Origin: a virus
Taxonomy: Duplodnaviria > Caudoviricetes
Virus record (IMG/VR): IMGVR_UViG_3300004112_000013
Span: 1-33,198 of that record
Strand: one strand, 5' to 3'
Length of the DNA stretch: 33,198 bases
Shown here: positions 8,109-17,194 of the stretch, piece by piece
Position numbering within the stretch: position 1 is the first letter of the stretch
How the letters are laid out: the number at the start of each line of letters is the position of its first letter
Translations under genes and position numbers: made by a program
Notes under the pieces: model-generated
The model's database searches: none
Seen by the model: the letters and a program-made list of their open reading frames with translations, nothing else
Told to the model about the DNA's origin: nothing

Positions 8109-10601
8109 TTTGTTATTATTTTTTTTATTTGTTTTTTTTACTGTAAATTTTAATACATCCTCTTTTGGTTTGTGATCAACTAAAATAGTATCTCCGTGTA
8201 CAAACACTTCTTTTAAAATTTCTTCAGAAAGAGGATCTTCGATATACTTTTCTATGGCTCTTCTCATTGGTCTAGCGCCATAGGTTGTATCATAACCTTT
8301 TTCGACTAAAAAATCTTTTGCTCCAGCTGTTAAGGTTAAGGTTAATTGATGTTCTAATAACCGATCGCATACCTTTGACGCTTCAAGATCAACTATTTTG
8401 CACAGTTCGTTCTTCTCTAAAGAACGAAAAACAACCACATCATCCAATCGATTAAGCAATTCCGGCTTAAAAAACTGTTTAGCTTCTTGTATCATTTTTT
8501 CCTTCATAGCTGAGTAGTCTGCTGATGGTTCAGTTTTAACCCCAAAGCCTAAAGTTGTTTGTTTTCTCGCAAAAGCTGCTCCAAGATTAGAGGTTAATAT
8601 AATAATTGTATTTCTAAAGTCAATTTTTCTTCCTAAAGAATCCGTGACTCTACCTTCTTCTAAAATTTGCAAAAGTAAGTGAAGAACGTCAGGATGAGCT
8701 TTTTCTACTTCATCAAACAATATAACAGAATATGGTTTACGTCTTACTTGTTCTGTGAGTTGACCGCCTTCTTCATATCCAACATAACCAGGCGGAGATC
8801 CGATAAGACGAGAAGCAGAAAACTTTTCCATGTATTCGCTCATATCGATTTGGATCAAAGAGTCTTTAGTTCCAAACATTAAATCAGCTATTGTTTGAGT
8901 AAGAAATGTTTTCCCTACTCCTGTTGGTCCTAAAAATAAAAACGATCCAATTGGTCTTTTAGGATCTTTGAGATTTGCTCGTGCTCTTCTCATAGCTTTG
9001 CTGATTGCAGTTATAGCATCTTGCTGACCTATAATTTTTTTAGATAGATCCTTTTCGAGATTTAATAGCTTTACTGCTTCTTTTTGCTCAATTTTAGTTA
9101 GCGGAATTCCAGTCAATTTGGAAACAACCTCCATTATTAATTCTTCTTTTACGAAAACTTTTTTTTCCTCATTTTTAGTTTTTGTCCACTGCTCAATAGC
9201 AGTTTTTAGTTCTGCTTGTGCAGCCCGCTCTTCATCTCTTATTGAAGCAGCATTTTCAAATTGTTGCGAGATGATTGCTTGTTGTTTTTCTTTAACTAAT
9301 GTTTCTATTTTTTTTTCTAAAATGCTGAAATCAGGAGGTGGCTCGTGAGCATCTATTCTAGCTTTCGACCCAGCTTCATCAATAAGATCTATAGCTTTGT
9401 CTGGTAAAAATCTGTTTGTAATATATCTTTCAGACAATTTTACAGCAGCTTCTATTGCATTGTTTTCAATTTCAGCGTTATGGTGTTTTTCGTATACTGG
9501 TTTAATTCCTTTTAAAATTGTAATTGCATCATCAATTGATGGAGCTTCTACACGAATCTGCTGAAATCTTCTTTCTAGAGCTGCATCTTTTTCAATGTGC
9601 TTTCTATATTCTCCAAAAGTAGTTGCTCCGATAATTTGCAGTTCACCTCGACTTAAAGCGGGTTTAAAAATATTAGAAGCATCCATAGAACCCGAAGCTG
9701 CTCCAGCTCCAACTACCATGTGAAGTTCGTCTATAAATAGAATAACATTTTCGTCTTTTTTCACTTCATTCATTATTCCTTTAATTCGTTCTTCAAATTG
9801 ACCTCTGTATATAGTACCAGCAACAATTAAAGTTAAATCGAGTGATATTATTCTTTTATTTTGAAGTAAGCTAGGTACATTGCCGTTTGCAATTTCTCTA
9901 GCTAAACCTTCTACTATTGCTGTTTTTCCTACTCCCGCTTCTCCAATTAATACTGGATTGTTTTTTGTTTTTCTACATAGAATTTGAATCAATCTTTCGA
10001 TTTCGTTTTTTCTCCCAACTACTGGGTCTAATTTGTTTTGTTGAGCTCGTTCGGTTAAATCTGTTCCGTATTGCTTCAACATGTTACCTTTCTTTTTTGA
10101 TGAATCTCCCTTCTGTTTTGGTCCGGCAGCAACCATTTGTTGATCGTCATGTTCCGGCTCATCTCCTAACTCAGTTAAAATTTGCTTTTTGACATCTTCA
10201 TAAGTTATTCCGTTCTTTTTTAAAATAGCAACTGCGGTTCCTCCATCTTCTTTGAGTAGTCCTAACAGTAGATGTTCCGTTCCAATATAAGTGTGATTAA
10301 GCTGTCTAGATTCTTTTTCTGCCAAGACCAATACTTTTTTAAGTCTTGGAGTGGACGGAATATCAGATTTGTTTTTTAAGGCCGAAGGATTATTTTCCGA
10401 CAATCCATCCTCGATTTCATTATATATTTCTTCAACGTTCGCTCCAGAATCAATTATTACTTTTAGAGCTAACCCTTGTTCTAGTTTTATAATACCTGCA
10501 AGCAAATGCTCTGTTCCGATATAATTGTTATTAAGTCGCTCAGCTTCTTTTTTTGCAAGAGCTAAGACTTGTTGGGCGCGTGGTGTGAAGTTACTAGACA
10601 T
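8100..10601 (-). CDS. clpC: ATP-dependent Clp protease ATP-binding subunit ClpC (phage-encoded)
   Basis: Two Clp-N repeats (FTPRA..GTEHLL; STPRL..GTEHLL), AAA1 GEAGVGKT / LFIDELH, short UVR-type middle domain ([20 protein letters not shown]), AAA2 GPTGVGKT / GYVGY / LFDEVEKAH, ClpP-docking LGF, GARPMRR; 833 aa. Confidence 0.95.
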   Translation of the reverse strand: MSSNFTPRAQQVLALAKKEAERLNNNYIGTEHLLAGIIKLEQGLALKVIIDSGANVEEIYNEIEDGLSENNPSALKNKSDIPSTPRLKKVLVLAEKESRQLNHTYIGTEHLLLGLLKEDGGTAVAILKKNGITYEDVKKQILTELGDEPEHDDQQMVAAGPKQKGDSSKKKGNMLKQYGTDLTERAQQNKLDPVVGRKNEIERLIQILCRKTKNNPVLIGEAGVGKTAIVEGLAREIANGNVPSLLQNKRIISLDLTLIVAGTIYRGQFEERIKGIMNEVKKDENVILFIDELHMVVGAGAASGSMDASNIFKPALSRGELQIIGATTFGEYRKHIEKDAALERRFQQIRVEAPSIDDAITILKGIKPVYEKHHNAEIENNAIEAAVKLSERYITNRFLPDKAIDLIDEAGSKARIDAHEPPPDFSILEKKIETLVKEKQQAIISQQFENAASIRDEERAAQAELKTAIEQWTKTKNEEKKVFVKEELIMEVVSKLTGIPLTKIEQKEAVKLLNLEKDLSKKIIGQQDAITAISKAMRRARANLKDPKRPIGSFLFLGPTGVGKTFLTQTIADLMFGTKDSLIQIDMSEYMEKFSASRLIGSPPGYVGYEEGGQLTEQVRRKPYSVILFDEVEKAHPDVLHLLLQILEEGRVTDSLGRKIDFRNTIIILTSNLGAAFARKQTTLGFGVKTEPSADYSAMKEKMIQEAKQFFKPELLNRLDDVVVFRSLEKNELCKIVDLEASKVCDRLLEHQLTLTLTAGAKDFLVEKGYDTTYGARPMRRAIEKYIEDPLSEEILKEVFVHGDTILVDHKPKEDVLKFTVKKTNKKNNNKSL

Positions 10602-10609
10602 GTTAAATT

Positions 10610-10624
10610 TATAAATATATTTAT
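10610..10624. promoter_or_regulatory. palindromic, possibly bidirectional late-promoter element
   Basis: TATAAATA (the T4 late consensus) on + at 10610-10617. The 14-bp perfect palindrome ATAAATATATTTAT (10611-10624) also gives TAAATA on -, 16 nt before the clpC ATG. Confidence 0.5.
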
Positions 10625-10682
10625 GTGCAGTAATTTTTATTGTCTAGTTGATCTGTCTAAAATTTAACACATAATATAATAA

Positions 10683-10943
10683 ATGCTTGATACAAATTAT
10701 AATCCGCTATTTGAACTTGGAATGGTAGACGACAACCCAGCAGTTAAAGTTGTAACAAATCTCGACATTTGCCCGGCAAATTTAGCAGCTTTAGTTACCG
10801 TTTTATTTGAAACGGTGTGTAGGACTATCCAAGATAAAAATCAGTTAGAGTACGAACAAAAGTTTTTTGAATCTCTTTCAGTGCTAATGAAAGAAAGACA
10901 CAACTACGACATTACAATTAGAGATTTAAATGAAGATGAGTAA
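10683..10943 (+). CDS. hypothetical protein
   Basis: 86-aa acidic ORF, divergent from clpC. Confidence 0.7.
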   Translation: MLDTNYNPLFELGMVDDNPAVKVVTNLDICPANLAALVTVLFETVCRTIQDKNQLEYEQKFFESLSVLMKERHNYDITIRDLNEDE

Positions 10944-11358
10944 ATCCAAAAAGCGAATTACGTGGGAAGAATATGCTCTTAAAATTGCACTCGTAGCTTC
11001 AGAGCGTTCAGAAGATATAATTCAAGTAGGAGCATGCGCTTTAGATTATGACAACAGAGTAATAGGTGTGGCTTACAATGGGTTAGCCACAGGAGTCACA
11101 GTTAAAGAAGATTTTTGGACCGACAGAGAAGCACGCAGACCTTTTATAATACACGCTGAAACAAATCTATTGTCGCTTTTTAAGAGAGGAGAGTGTCGTT
11201 TGCTGGCTTGCACGTTGCTTCCGTGCTCTAGCTGTGCAAGTAGCATTGTAGCTCATGGAGTTAAAAGAGTCGTATACAAAGACGTATACGCTCGTGATCA
11301 AAAAGCGTTGGACATATTTAAATTCAACTCAATAGAGTGTATTAAAATTGATTTATAA
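10930..11358 (+). CDS. dCMP deaminase (cytidine/deoxycytidylate deaminase family)
   Basis: WEEYAL..A..RS..QVGA, AYNG, zinc motifs HAETN and PCSSCA; start could be 10936. Confidence 0.9.
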   Translation: MKMSKSKKRITWEEYALKIALVASERSEDIIQVGACALDYDNRVIGVAYNGLATGVTVKEDFWTDREARRPFIIHAETNLLSLFKRGECRLLACTLLPCSSCASSIVAHGVKRVVYKDVYARDQKALDIFKFNSIECIKIDL

Positions 11359-11364
11359 TAAGTA
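11359..11364 (+). promoter_or_regulatory. late-promoter-like hexamer TAAGTA
   Basis: 5 nt upstream of ATG 11370; recurring motif. Confidence 0.45.
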
Positions 11365-11369
11365 CCAAC

Positions 11370-12215
11370 ATGAAAAAATTTGAAAGCATATTTAATCTCG
11401 CATTGCTCGAGTCTAAGTTTAGAACAATTTCAAAATCTCTTATTGCGAACGTCAAGCAAACGGTATTAATTTACAATTCTGTATACAGAAAAATAACCAA
11501 GTCCGATTTAAAGCTTCTTACGGATTTGGTAAAAGGAAGTGAAGTGTGGGAAGATTATTTTGAAGACGAGCCTGAAGTGGAGAGAATAGTCGTTATTAAT
11601 AAATTTTTGTTTACAGATCTCACCAACAACAAAAGACACCAAGTAGAAGTTTTAGTCGCATACGGGAATTGTGAAGGTTCATATGCATATTATGATGAAG
11701 ACAATCACTTTATAGTATTATACCACAATTCTATAAAAGAATTAACGGACCTTGAATTGGAATCCGTAATGATCCACGAATTGACTCACGGATTTCAGCA
11801 AGACAAAACACAATCAGAAGAATACAAAAAAGAACTAAAAAAACTACAAAAGGGAAAACCGTACAACCAGCACGTTTATTTTTCGGAACCAATTGAGTTC
11901 GATGCGCATATGACTGAACTGGGTCACAGAATTACGCAAGAATACAAAAAATACAAGCAAGATATTAAAAATTCTCTATTTCCAGAAACAAAAAAAATTC
12001 TCTCAAAGAAATTAGAAAAGTTTTTATTAGAGCTTAAATTATTTATTAAATCTGATGTTTTGGCATACACCGATTACGAAGAGTTGCCGTTGCCTGAATT
12101 TTTTAAACTGCACAGTGATTTTCTTCATGTTATTAAAAGTTACTTGCCCTTGCGTCAACGATTGAAAAAGTCTTTATCCAAATTATATCTTGATTTGACC
12201 GACGAACACCCTTAA
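11370..12215 (+). CDS. HExxH zinc metallopeptidase-like protein, possibly virion-internal
   Basis: AYY...IVLY...VMIHELTHGFQ plus downstream EPIEFDAH (candidate third ligand Glu); N-terminus MKKFESIFNLALLES. Confidence 0.7.
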   Translation: MKKFESIFNLALLESKFRTISKSLIANVKQTVLIYNSVYRKITKSDLKLLTDLVKGSEVWEDYFEDEPEVERIVVINKFLFTDLTNNKRHQVEVLVAYGNCEGSYAYYDEDNHFIVLYHNSIKELTDLELESVMIHELTHGFQQDKTQSEEYKKELKKLQKGKPYNQHVYFSEPIEFDAHMTELGHRITQEYKKYKQDIKNSLFPETKKILSKKLEKFLLELKLFIKSDVLAYTDYEELPLPEFFKLHSDFLHVIKSYLPLRQRLKKSLSKLYLDLTDEHP

Positions 12216-12218
12216 ATT
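12190..12218 (+). promoter_or_regulatory. sigma70-type promoter candidate
   Basis: TTGATT (12190-12195), 17-nt spacer, TAAATT (12213-12218), 10 nt before ATG 12229. Confidence 0.4.
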
Positions 12219-12228
12219 TGTCGGGTAA

Positions 12229-12858
12229 ATGAAAGACTTGTTTTACAAAACATTGTTTATAGAAGAGCATCCTCAAAATGTTCTATTTTGGAGTGACACT
12301 CATTTTGGGCATTCTTCTGAGCACTGGCCAGTTCCTTTGTGGAAAATGAGAGGATTTTCATCAATTCAACATCACGATCAAGAATTAGTAAACCGATGGA
12401 ACGCCAAAGCTACGAACGATTCTTTGTTTTTTCATTTAGGAGATTTTATATTTGGAAACTCTGCCTCTGAGAGACTCATGTCTATATTACGTGAAGTTTC
12501 ATTTAAACGGTTGTTTGTAATGCCAGGGAATCATTTTTCCGGTTGGAAGCAATTGTTTGAAGATCAACAAGACAACGTTTTAAATTTAACAGAAAATAAA
12601 CAGGTAGTGTTTATTCCAAATTATTTAGAAGTCAGTATCAAGTCAGAAATAAAACTAGTTCTGTCTCATTATCCTTTAGCAAGCTTTAACAAACAAAATC
12701 GTGGGGCAATCCATTGTCACGGTCATTGTCACGGCAAGCTATACGAAAGCGAAATAGGAAAGAAATTGTATACCAATAACATTATAGATGTAAGTATAGA
12801 AAAATGTGAATATCCCATAACAGCAGTCGAGTTGACTAACTACAATTACCATGGATAA
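12229..12858 (+). CDS. calcineurin-like metallophosphoesterase (second; different subfamily from 5098)
   Basis: WSDTHFGH, HDQELVNRWN, HLGDF, PGNH, LSHYP, HGHCHG, DVSIE: the common phage phosphoesterase pattern. Confidence 0.9.
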   Translation: MKDLFYKTLFIEEHPQNVLFWSDTHFGHSSEHWPVPLWKMRGFSSIQHHDQELVNRWNAKATNDSLFFHLGDFIFGNSASERLMSILREVSFKRLFVMPGNHFSGWKQLFEDQQDNVLNLTENKQVVFIPNYLEVSIKSEIKLVLSHYPLASFNKQNRGAIHCHGHCHGKLYESEIGKKLYTNNIIDVSIEKCEYPITAVELTNYNYHG

Positions 12859-13219
12859 AATAGCTACTGAAATTTTAATTTTATTAAACAATAAGAAAAC
12901 TACTCTTAAACAAATAATGGAGTTCTTACAGCAAATAGTCGAAGAATTTCAAGAAGAAAGAGCTTTTTTTTACGGCAATAAATTAAAAAGAGAACTCAAA
13001 TCGAGAACAGAATTCGATTTAGACGAGCACATACAACAAATATTAAAACTCGTTGAAAGTGACACGGAACAGTTTATTGCTAAATTAACGTCTTTTCTTA
13101 CAGACTCGACTTTGGATTCTTTAAGTGCAAAAACCTTAAATAAAACAGCAGGTCACAACTTTTTGGTTATTTTAACTTCTCTTAAAGATATGTTTTGCAA
13201 ACCTCAAAACAAAAGTTAA
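12851..13219 (+). CDS. hypothetical helical protein
   Basis: 122-aa ORF overlapping the upstream stop. Confidence 0.7.
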   Translation: MDKIATEILILLNNKKTTLKQIMEFLQQIVEEFQEERAFFYGNKLKRELKSRTEFDLDEHIQQILKLVESDTEQFIAKLTSFLTDSTLDSLSAKTLNKTAGHNFLVILTSLKDMFCKPQNKS

Positions 13220-13650
13220 TGCAAAGATCTAGCAATTTCTGCTAAATTATCCATAGATATTGCAAGCTTTTGCTGCTGCCAAGCTTCCAAATGACCACCA
13301 GTAGAACAAAACGAAGCAATTTTTACAATCGATTCTCTTAAAGAGTTTAAATTATCCAAAACCATTTCATCTTCTTCATGTTCTTTTGTATGATTTTGTT
13401 CAAGAGAATCTAAATTTGGAAGAGGTTCAGAATCCATTTTTACTGGTATTCCTGTGGTATCTTTTTCAGCAGCAGGATCTACCATGTCCATATCTACTCC
13501 AGGAGCAGGCTCAGTAACAGGACCGGAACTGACAATTTTATTTGGTGCTGTAGTTACGATTTCTTCTTCTGAAGGAATAGGCAAGTTTTGGTTTTTTTTG
13601 GTAATCGACAAATAAGCTTCTTCTAGAAAATGTACATCTTTGTTTAACAT
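13216..13650 (-). CDS. hypothetical protein, probable internal head protein
   Basis: N-terminal KDVHFLEEAY, acidic Pro-rich linker, C-terminal LEAWQQQKLAISMDNL helix; TAAGTA 13 nt upstream (13664-13669, - strand). Confidence 0.65.
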   Translation of the reverse strand: MLNKDVHFLEEAYLSITKKNQNLPIPSEEEIVTTAPNKIVSSGPVTEPAPGVDMDMVDPAAEKDTTGIPVKMDSEPLPNLDSLEQNHTKEHEEDEMVLDNLNSLRESIVKIASFCSTGGHLEAWQQQKLAISMDNLAEIARSLH

Positions 13651-13685
13651 AGGTTTGTGTTTATACTTATCTTTTTTTGAAATTT

Positions 13686-16600
13686 TTATGGTGCTTGGTA
13701 TTTATAAGGATGTCCTGATGGCAAATTGGCATCAATACCCCACTTATGAGCAAGATATCCTTCTACCTTTTGTCTCTCTAATACGGTCAATACATTTGGA
13801 GTTATTACTATTTCCGCTACTGATCCATCAGTGCAAGCTGTTTTACTTCGATCAGCAAACAATACGAATTTATTTGTTGAGTTAGGCTGAGAATTATAAA
13901 TTCCGGTACCTCCAACAGTAGTTCCATTTAACAGAAGATTCAACGTATTATTAATATTATTAAACTCTAATTCAATCATAAAAGCTCCAGATATAGAGCT
14001 GGTTAAAAATTGTATATCATTGCTTAGCATACCCGTTTGAGCTATATTTGCATAAAACGCAGTAGGTGAATTTGCTTGAAGTTGAAATGATGGAGAATTT
14101 CCTGCAGAGCTAAACAGAGAATCTAATACGTTATTTATAACATCTAATTCACAAAGAGCGAATATACTAAAGCTAGAACCAAAATCAAAAGCATTCATGG
14201 TTTCCATAAATTTACTAACCGAAAAATCGATTACGTTTTTTCCGTTAAGTGTTCTAGTTCTAGATTGAGGTTGTTTTAAACTATTTGCTTGTAATAAGTC
14301 ATTATAATTTCCACTCTTGTCTGCCCACAAACTTACGCTCGTTCCGATTAAAGAAATTGTTAAATCGTCATTGGCATCTAACCACATACTTGTAACAATG
14401 TTGCTTGGACTCCATTGATTATTAACTTGTCCACTAGGTGTTAGCGTTGGTGTATTGCTGGGTGTTGCCGTCAATGTTGGTGTAGGTTCAATCGTAGAGG
14501 TTTGAGTCTGTGTAATGGTTGGTGTTATAGGCGGAGTTTCACTAGGAGTTTGAGTTGGAGTATTAGAGGGTGTAGGAGTACTTGTAGATGTTTCGGTAGG
14601 AGTTAGCGTCAGCGTAGGAGTCAGCGTCGGTGTTTCTGTTGGAGTTGGTGTTGGAGGTTCTGTTGTGGTTTGTGAAGGTGTTTGTGTTTGGGTGCGAGTT
14701 GGAGTAGGTGTTATTGGAGAAGTTTTGCTGGGAGTTGGTGTTTGTGTTGGCGTTTTTGTAAGAGTTGGAGTCTGCGTAGGAGTGACTGATGGAGTAGGAC
14801 TTGGAAGCATTGTGCTTACAGCTGAAAGAACCCCTGTGTTGCTTACGTTAAGTTTCCACTGTGTTCCGTCTGGTGAAACAAGAACCAGAGTATTTGTTAA
14901 CACAGTTCCCTCGAAAACGGTCGTTTGATTTTGAGAAGACAACCATATTCCTGAATTTGCTTGTACTATAGTAAATGCGTCATTCCATTGATTTGAATTG
15001 CCGTTTTGAGAATATATAACACTACTGGAAGATATTACTCCTACTGTTGTTCCAGTTAAAGTCGCAAACGAACGCTCTGAAATACACTCAAAAATAGTCT
15101 GATTTGAGTTTGGAGCAAATTTCAATCCTCCATTAAACAAATAACACTCGCAATCTCCACTTATAGCCCAATTTGCATCAGAATTTACGCTTAACGTACT
15201 ATCAAGAACGAGCAGAGAAGCACCTTGTTCAATAAAAATGCCTTGTTCTACTAATGAACCTGTTACCAAACAATTTTTAAGTTGAACTGTTGGCTCTCCA
15301 CTAGAGTTACTTTCACTATATTCAGCACTATGATCCCATCGTCCAATAGATATAATACTTGTTGATTGAACACACGAAATAATACAATCAGCCATCTTAA
15401 TTCGGGATTCGGTAATTTTGATTGCACGCTCTGTATAGCCTTTAATTGTTACATTTAAAAATTCGCCATAATACACATTAGCCAAATTAACAGCCTCTGT
15501 TGTTCCGTATTCAGAATAAAAATTACAATTACGTATGTTTAAAACTAATCCGCTAGTTCCAGCAGGAGAGTATTGCATCACATCAACAACAAAAGCACTA
15601 GAATACATAGAGTTGTTAATAACATCTACGTTTTCAGCATTAAATGTATAAGGCAACGTTCCACCTAATAACAGTGTTCCTATTACAATATTATCAGTTT
15701 TTATTGTAAGGTTTTTTAGAACAAATAACGGATCTCTTGATAAGTTCTCATTATAAAAATTAAAATATATACCGACGTTTCCTGTTATAACAACACCTTC
15801 TTTACTAGACCCAATAAGGCTTATGTTAGGTCTATATAAATAAACAGTCTCATTGTAAATTCCGGGAGAGATACGTATTTCAACAAAAACATCATAAGGA
15901 AACAACGTAGCTGCATATTCAGCAGCAGCCTGAATGGTAGCAAAAGGAAAAGCGGCACTCCCGTCAGCATTTGAGTCATCTCCTGCTTTTTGTACATATA
16001 TTGTGTTTGCCCAACGACCATTCCACTTAGTAGAAGAGTTTTGCATTACGGTAGTATAAGCAGAACTCCATTGGTCACTGTTTCCATTAGTAGTAGATAC
16101 GTTGCCAATAACTCTTACGTTGCCATTAACGTTTAACGAATCATACAAATCTTCGGTATTAATTCCAACTTTATTTTCTCCCACTATCATGGTAAGAGAG
16201 CCATTGCCAACTGTTACTTCTCCAGTAACAGTTCCTCCACTCAATGATAAGAAGTGCGAGTCTGAATATTCTTTGCTAGCCTGCACGCTATTATCCCACG
16301 CGGCTGAGCTGGACTTTACGATTGTATGAGTTTGACTCCAATCGGAACTTAACTCTTTTAAGTCTGTTCCTTGATAATCCCATGAAGAACTAAGAGCACG
16401 AACGGTAGCAGAACTGCTACTCCATTCAATTGAGTTTCCTTGTTCCGTAAATACGTTTTTTAAAGAAATTACATCTCCTACAACCCCAAGCTCTCCAGCT
16501 ATGTTTTCCACAATTGCTTGTCTCTCACTGGTGTCATATATAACCGGCTGGTCTTCTACGGGAATAGGTAAATCGTTTACCACCATTGGTAATGTCGGCG

Positions 16601-17168
16601 TAGGAGTGCTTGTTATGTACAATGTCGGACTAAGTGAGATTGTAGGCGTAGTCGTTGGAGTAACGGAATTCGTTTCAGTTTGAGTTGGAGTAAACGAAGG
16701 AGTTGGAGTAACAGTTGGTGTATTTGTGGGTGTCGGTGTTATCGCAACTTGCCCAGCATCTTCTATTACCATTTCTAAAAAATATTCAGTAGTTAATGAT
16801 CCAGTTTGGTTTATCCAAATAGTATATTCTCCTGAAGGTAATGTATACGGATAATCAAGTGGTCGGAGTAACGTCTGAAATAAGTTTGTCTGTAAATTAT
16901 TTGTTGTAATTTGACCATAAGCAAGCATTAATGACAAATTATATCCAACTGACCATATTAACCCGTTCTGAATTGCCAGAAAAACGGTCTGATCTCCACC
17001 ATTTAGAGAAGTACAAGCAATGGACTTCAACACTTTACCAGAAGGAACAGCAAAGTTGAAATAATTAGGAGTTTCGTCTGTAACGATACCAGTTACGACA
17101 TAATGATTTTCGATAGGTGTTACGTCAGTTAATGAAACGGTTGTCGGGTTGAAAGGATCGCTAGACAT
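13686..17168 (-). CDS. modular fibre/adhesin-like structural protein (beta-sandwich, Pro/Thr linker, fibre repeats, pectin-lyase-like beta-helix, Pro/Thr linker, LamG/ConA-like domain)
   Basis: IYVQKAGDDSNADGSAAFPFATIQAA...ISPGIYNETV is a typical beta-helix lead-in; VGINT..LNVNG and GNSxQW repeats; C-terminal WLDAND...WADKSGN...ERQKVEGYLAHKWG. Confidence 0.75.
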   Translation of the reverse strand: MSSDPFNPTTVSLTDVTPIENHYVVTGIVTDETPNYFNFAVPSGKVLKSIACTSLNGGDQTVFLAIQNGLIWSVGYNLSLMLAYGQITTNNLQTNLFQTLLRPLDYPYTLPSGEYTIWINQTGSLTTEYFLEMVIEDAGQVAITPTPTNTPTVTPTPSFTPTQTETNSVTPTTTPTISLSPTLYITSTPTPTLPMVVNDLPIPVEDQPVIYDTSERQAIVENIAGELGVVGDVISLKNVFTEQGNSIEWSSSSATVRALSSSWDYQGTDLKELSSDWSQTHTIVKSSSAAWDNSVQASKEYSDSHFLSLSGGTVTGEVTVGNGSLTMIVGENKVGINTEDLYDSLNVNGNVRVIGNVSTTNGNSDQWSSAYTTVMQNSSTKWNGRWANTIYVQKAGDDSNADGSAAFPFATIQAAAEYAATLFPYDVFVEIRISPGIYNETVYLYRPNISLIGSSKEGVVITGNVGIYFNFYNENLSRDPLFVLKNLTIKTDNIVIGTLLLGGTLPYTFNAENVDVINNSMYSSAFVVDVMQYSPAGTSGLVLNIRNCNFYSEYGTTEAVNLANVYYGEFLNVTIKGYTERAIKITESRIKMADCIISCVQSTSIISIGRWDHSAEYSESNSSGEPTVQLKNCLVTGSLVEQGIFIEQGASLLVLDSTLSVNSDANWAISGDCECYLFNGGLKFAPNSNQTIFECISERSFATLTGTTVGVISSSSVIYSQNGNSNQWNDAFTIVQANSGIWLSSQNQTTVFEGTVLTNTLVLVSPDGTQWKLNVSNTGVLSAVSTMLPSPTPSVTPTQTPTLTKTPTQTPTPSKTSPITPTPTRTQTQTPSQTTTEPPTPTPTETPTLTPTLTLTPTETSTSTPTPSNTPTQTPSETPPITPTITQTQTSTIEPTPTLTATPSNTPTLTPSGQVNNQWSPSNIVTSMWLDANDDLTISLIGTSVSLWADKSGNYNDLLQANSLKQPQSRTRTLNGKNVIDFSVSKFMETMNAFDFGSSFSIFALCELDVINNVLDSLFSSAGNSPSFQLQANSPTAFYANIAQTGMLSNDIQFLTSSISGAFMIELEFNNINNTLNLLLNGTTVGGTGIYNSQPNSTNKFVLFADRSKTACTDGSVAEIVITPNVLTVLERQKVEGYLAHKWGIDANLPSGHPYKYQAP
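14434..14804 (-). repeat. coding low-complexity Pro/Thr/Ser (TPT) repeat, about 120 aa
   Basis: PSPTPSVTPTQTPTLTKTPTQTPTPS...TPSNTPTLTPS; degenerate at the DNA level. Confidence 0.9.
16587..16742 (-). repeat. coding Pro/Thr repeat, about 50 aa
   Basis: ITPTPTNTPTVTPTPSFTPTQTET...TSTPTPTLP. Confidence 0.9.
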
Positions 17169-17177
17169 ATTATTTTG

Positions 17178-17183
17178 TATTTA
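17178..17183 (-). promoter_or_regulatory. late-promoter-like hexamer TAAATA
   Basis: 9 nt upstream of ATG 17168, in a 26-nt intergenic gap. Confidence 0.45.
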
Positions 17184-17194
17184 ATGTTTTACTG

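Noticed and set aside
14434-14804. Possible CRISPR-like or tandem DNA repeat array
   Set aside because: No constant repeat with unique spacers; periodicity comes from Thr/Pro codons
14665-14928. Val/Gly-rich + strand ORF (also 16501-16683)
   Set aside because: Antisense shadow of the Pro/Thr repeats in the 1160-aa gene
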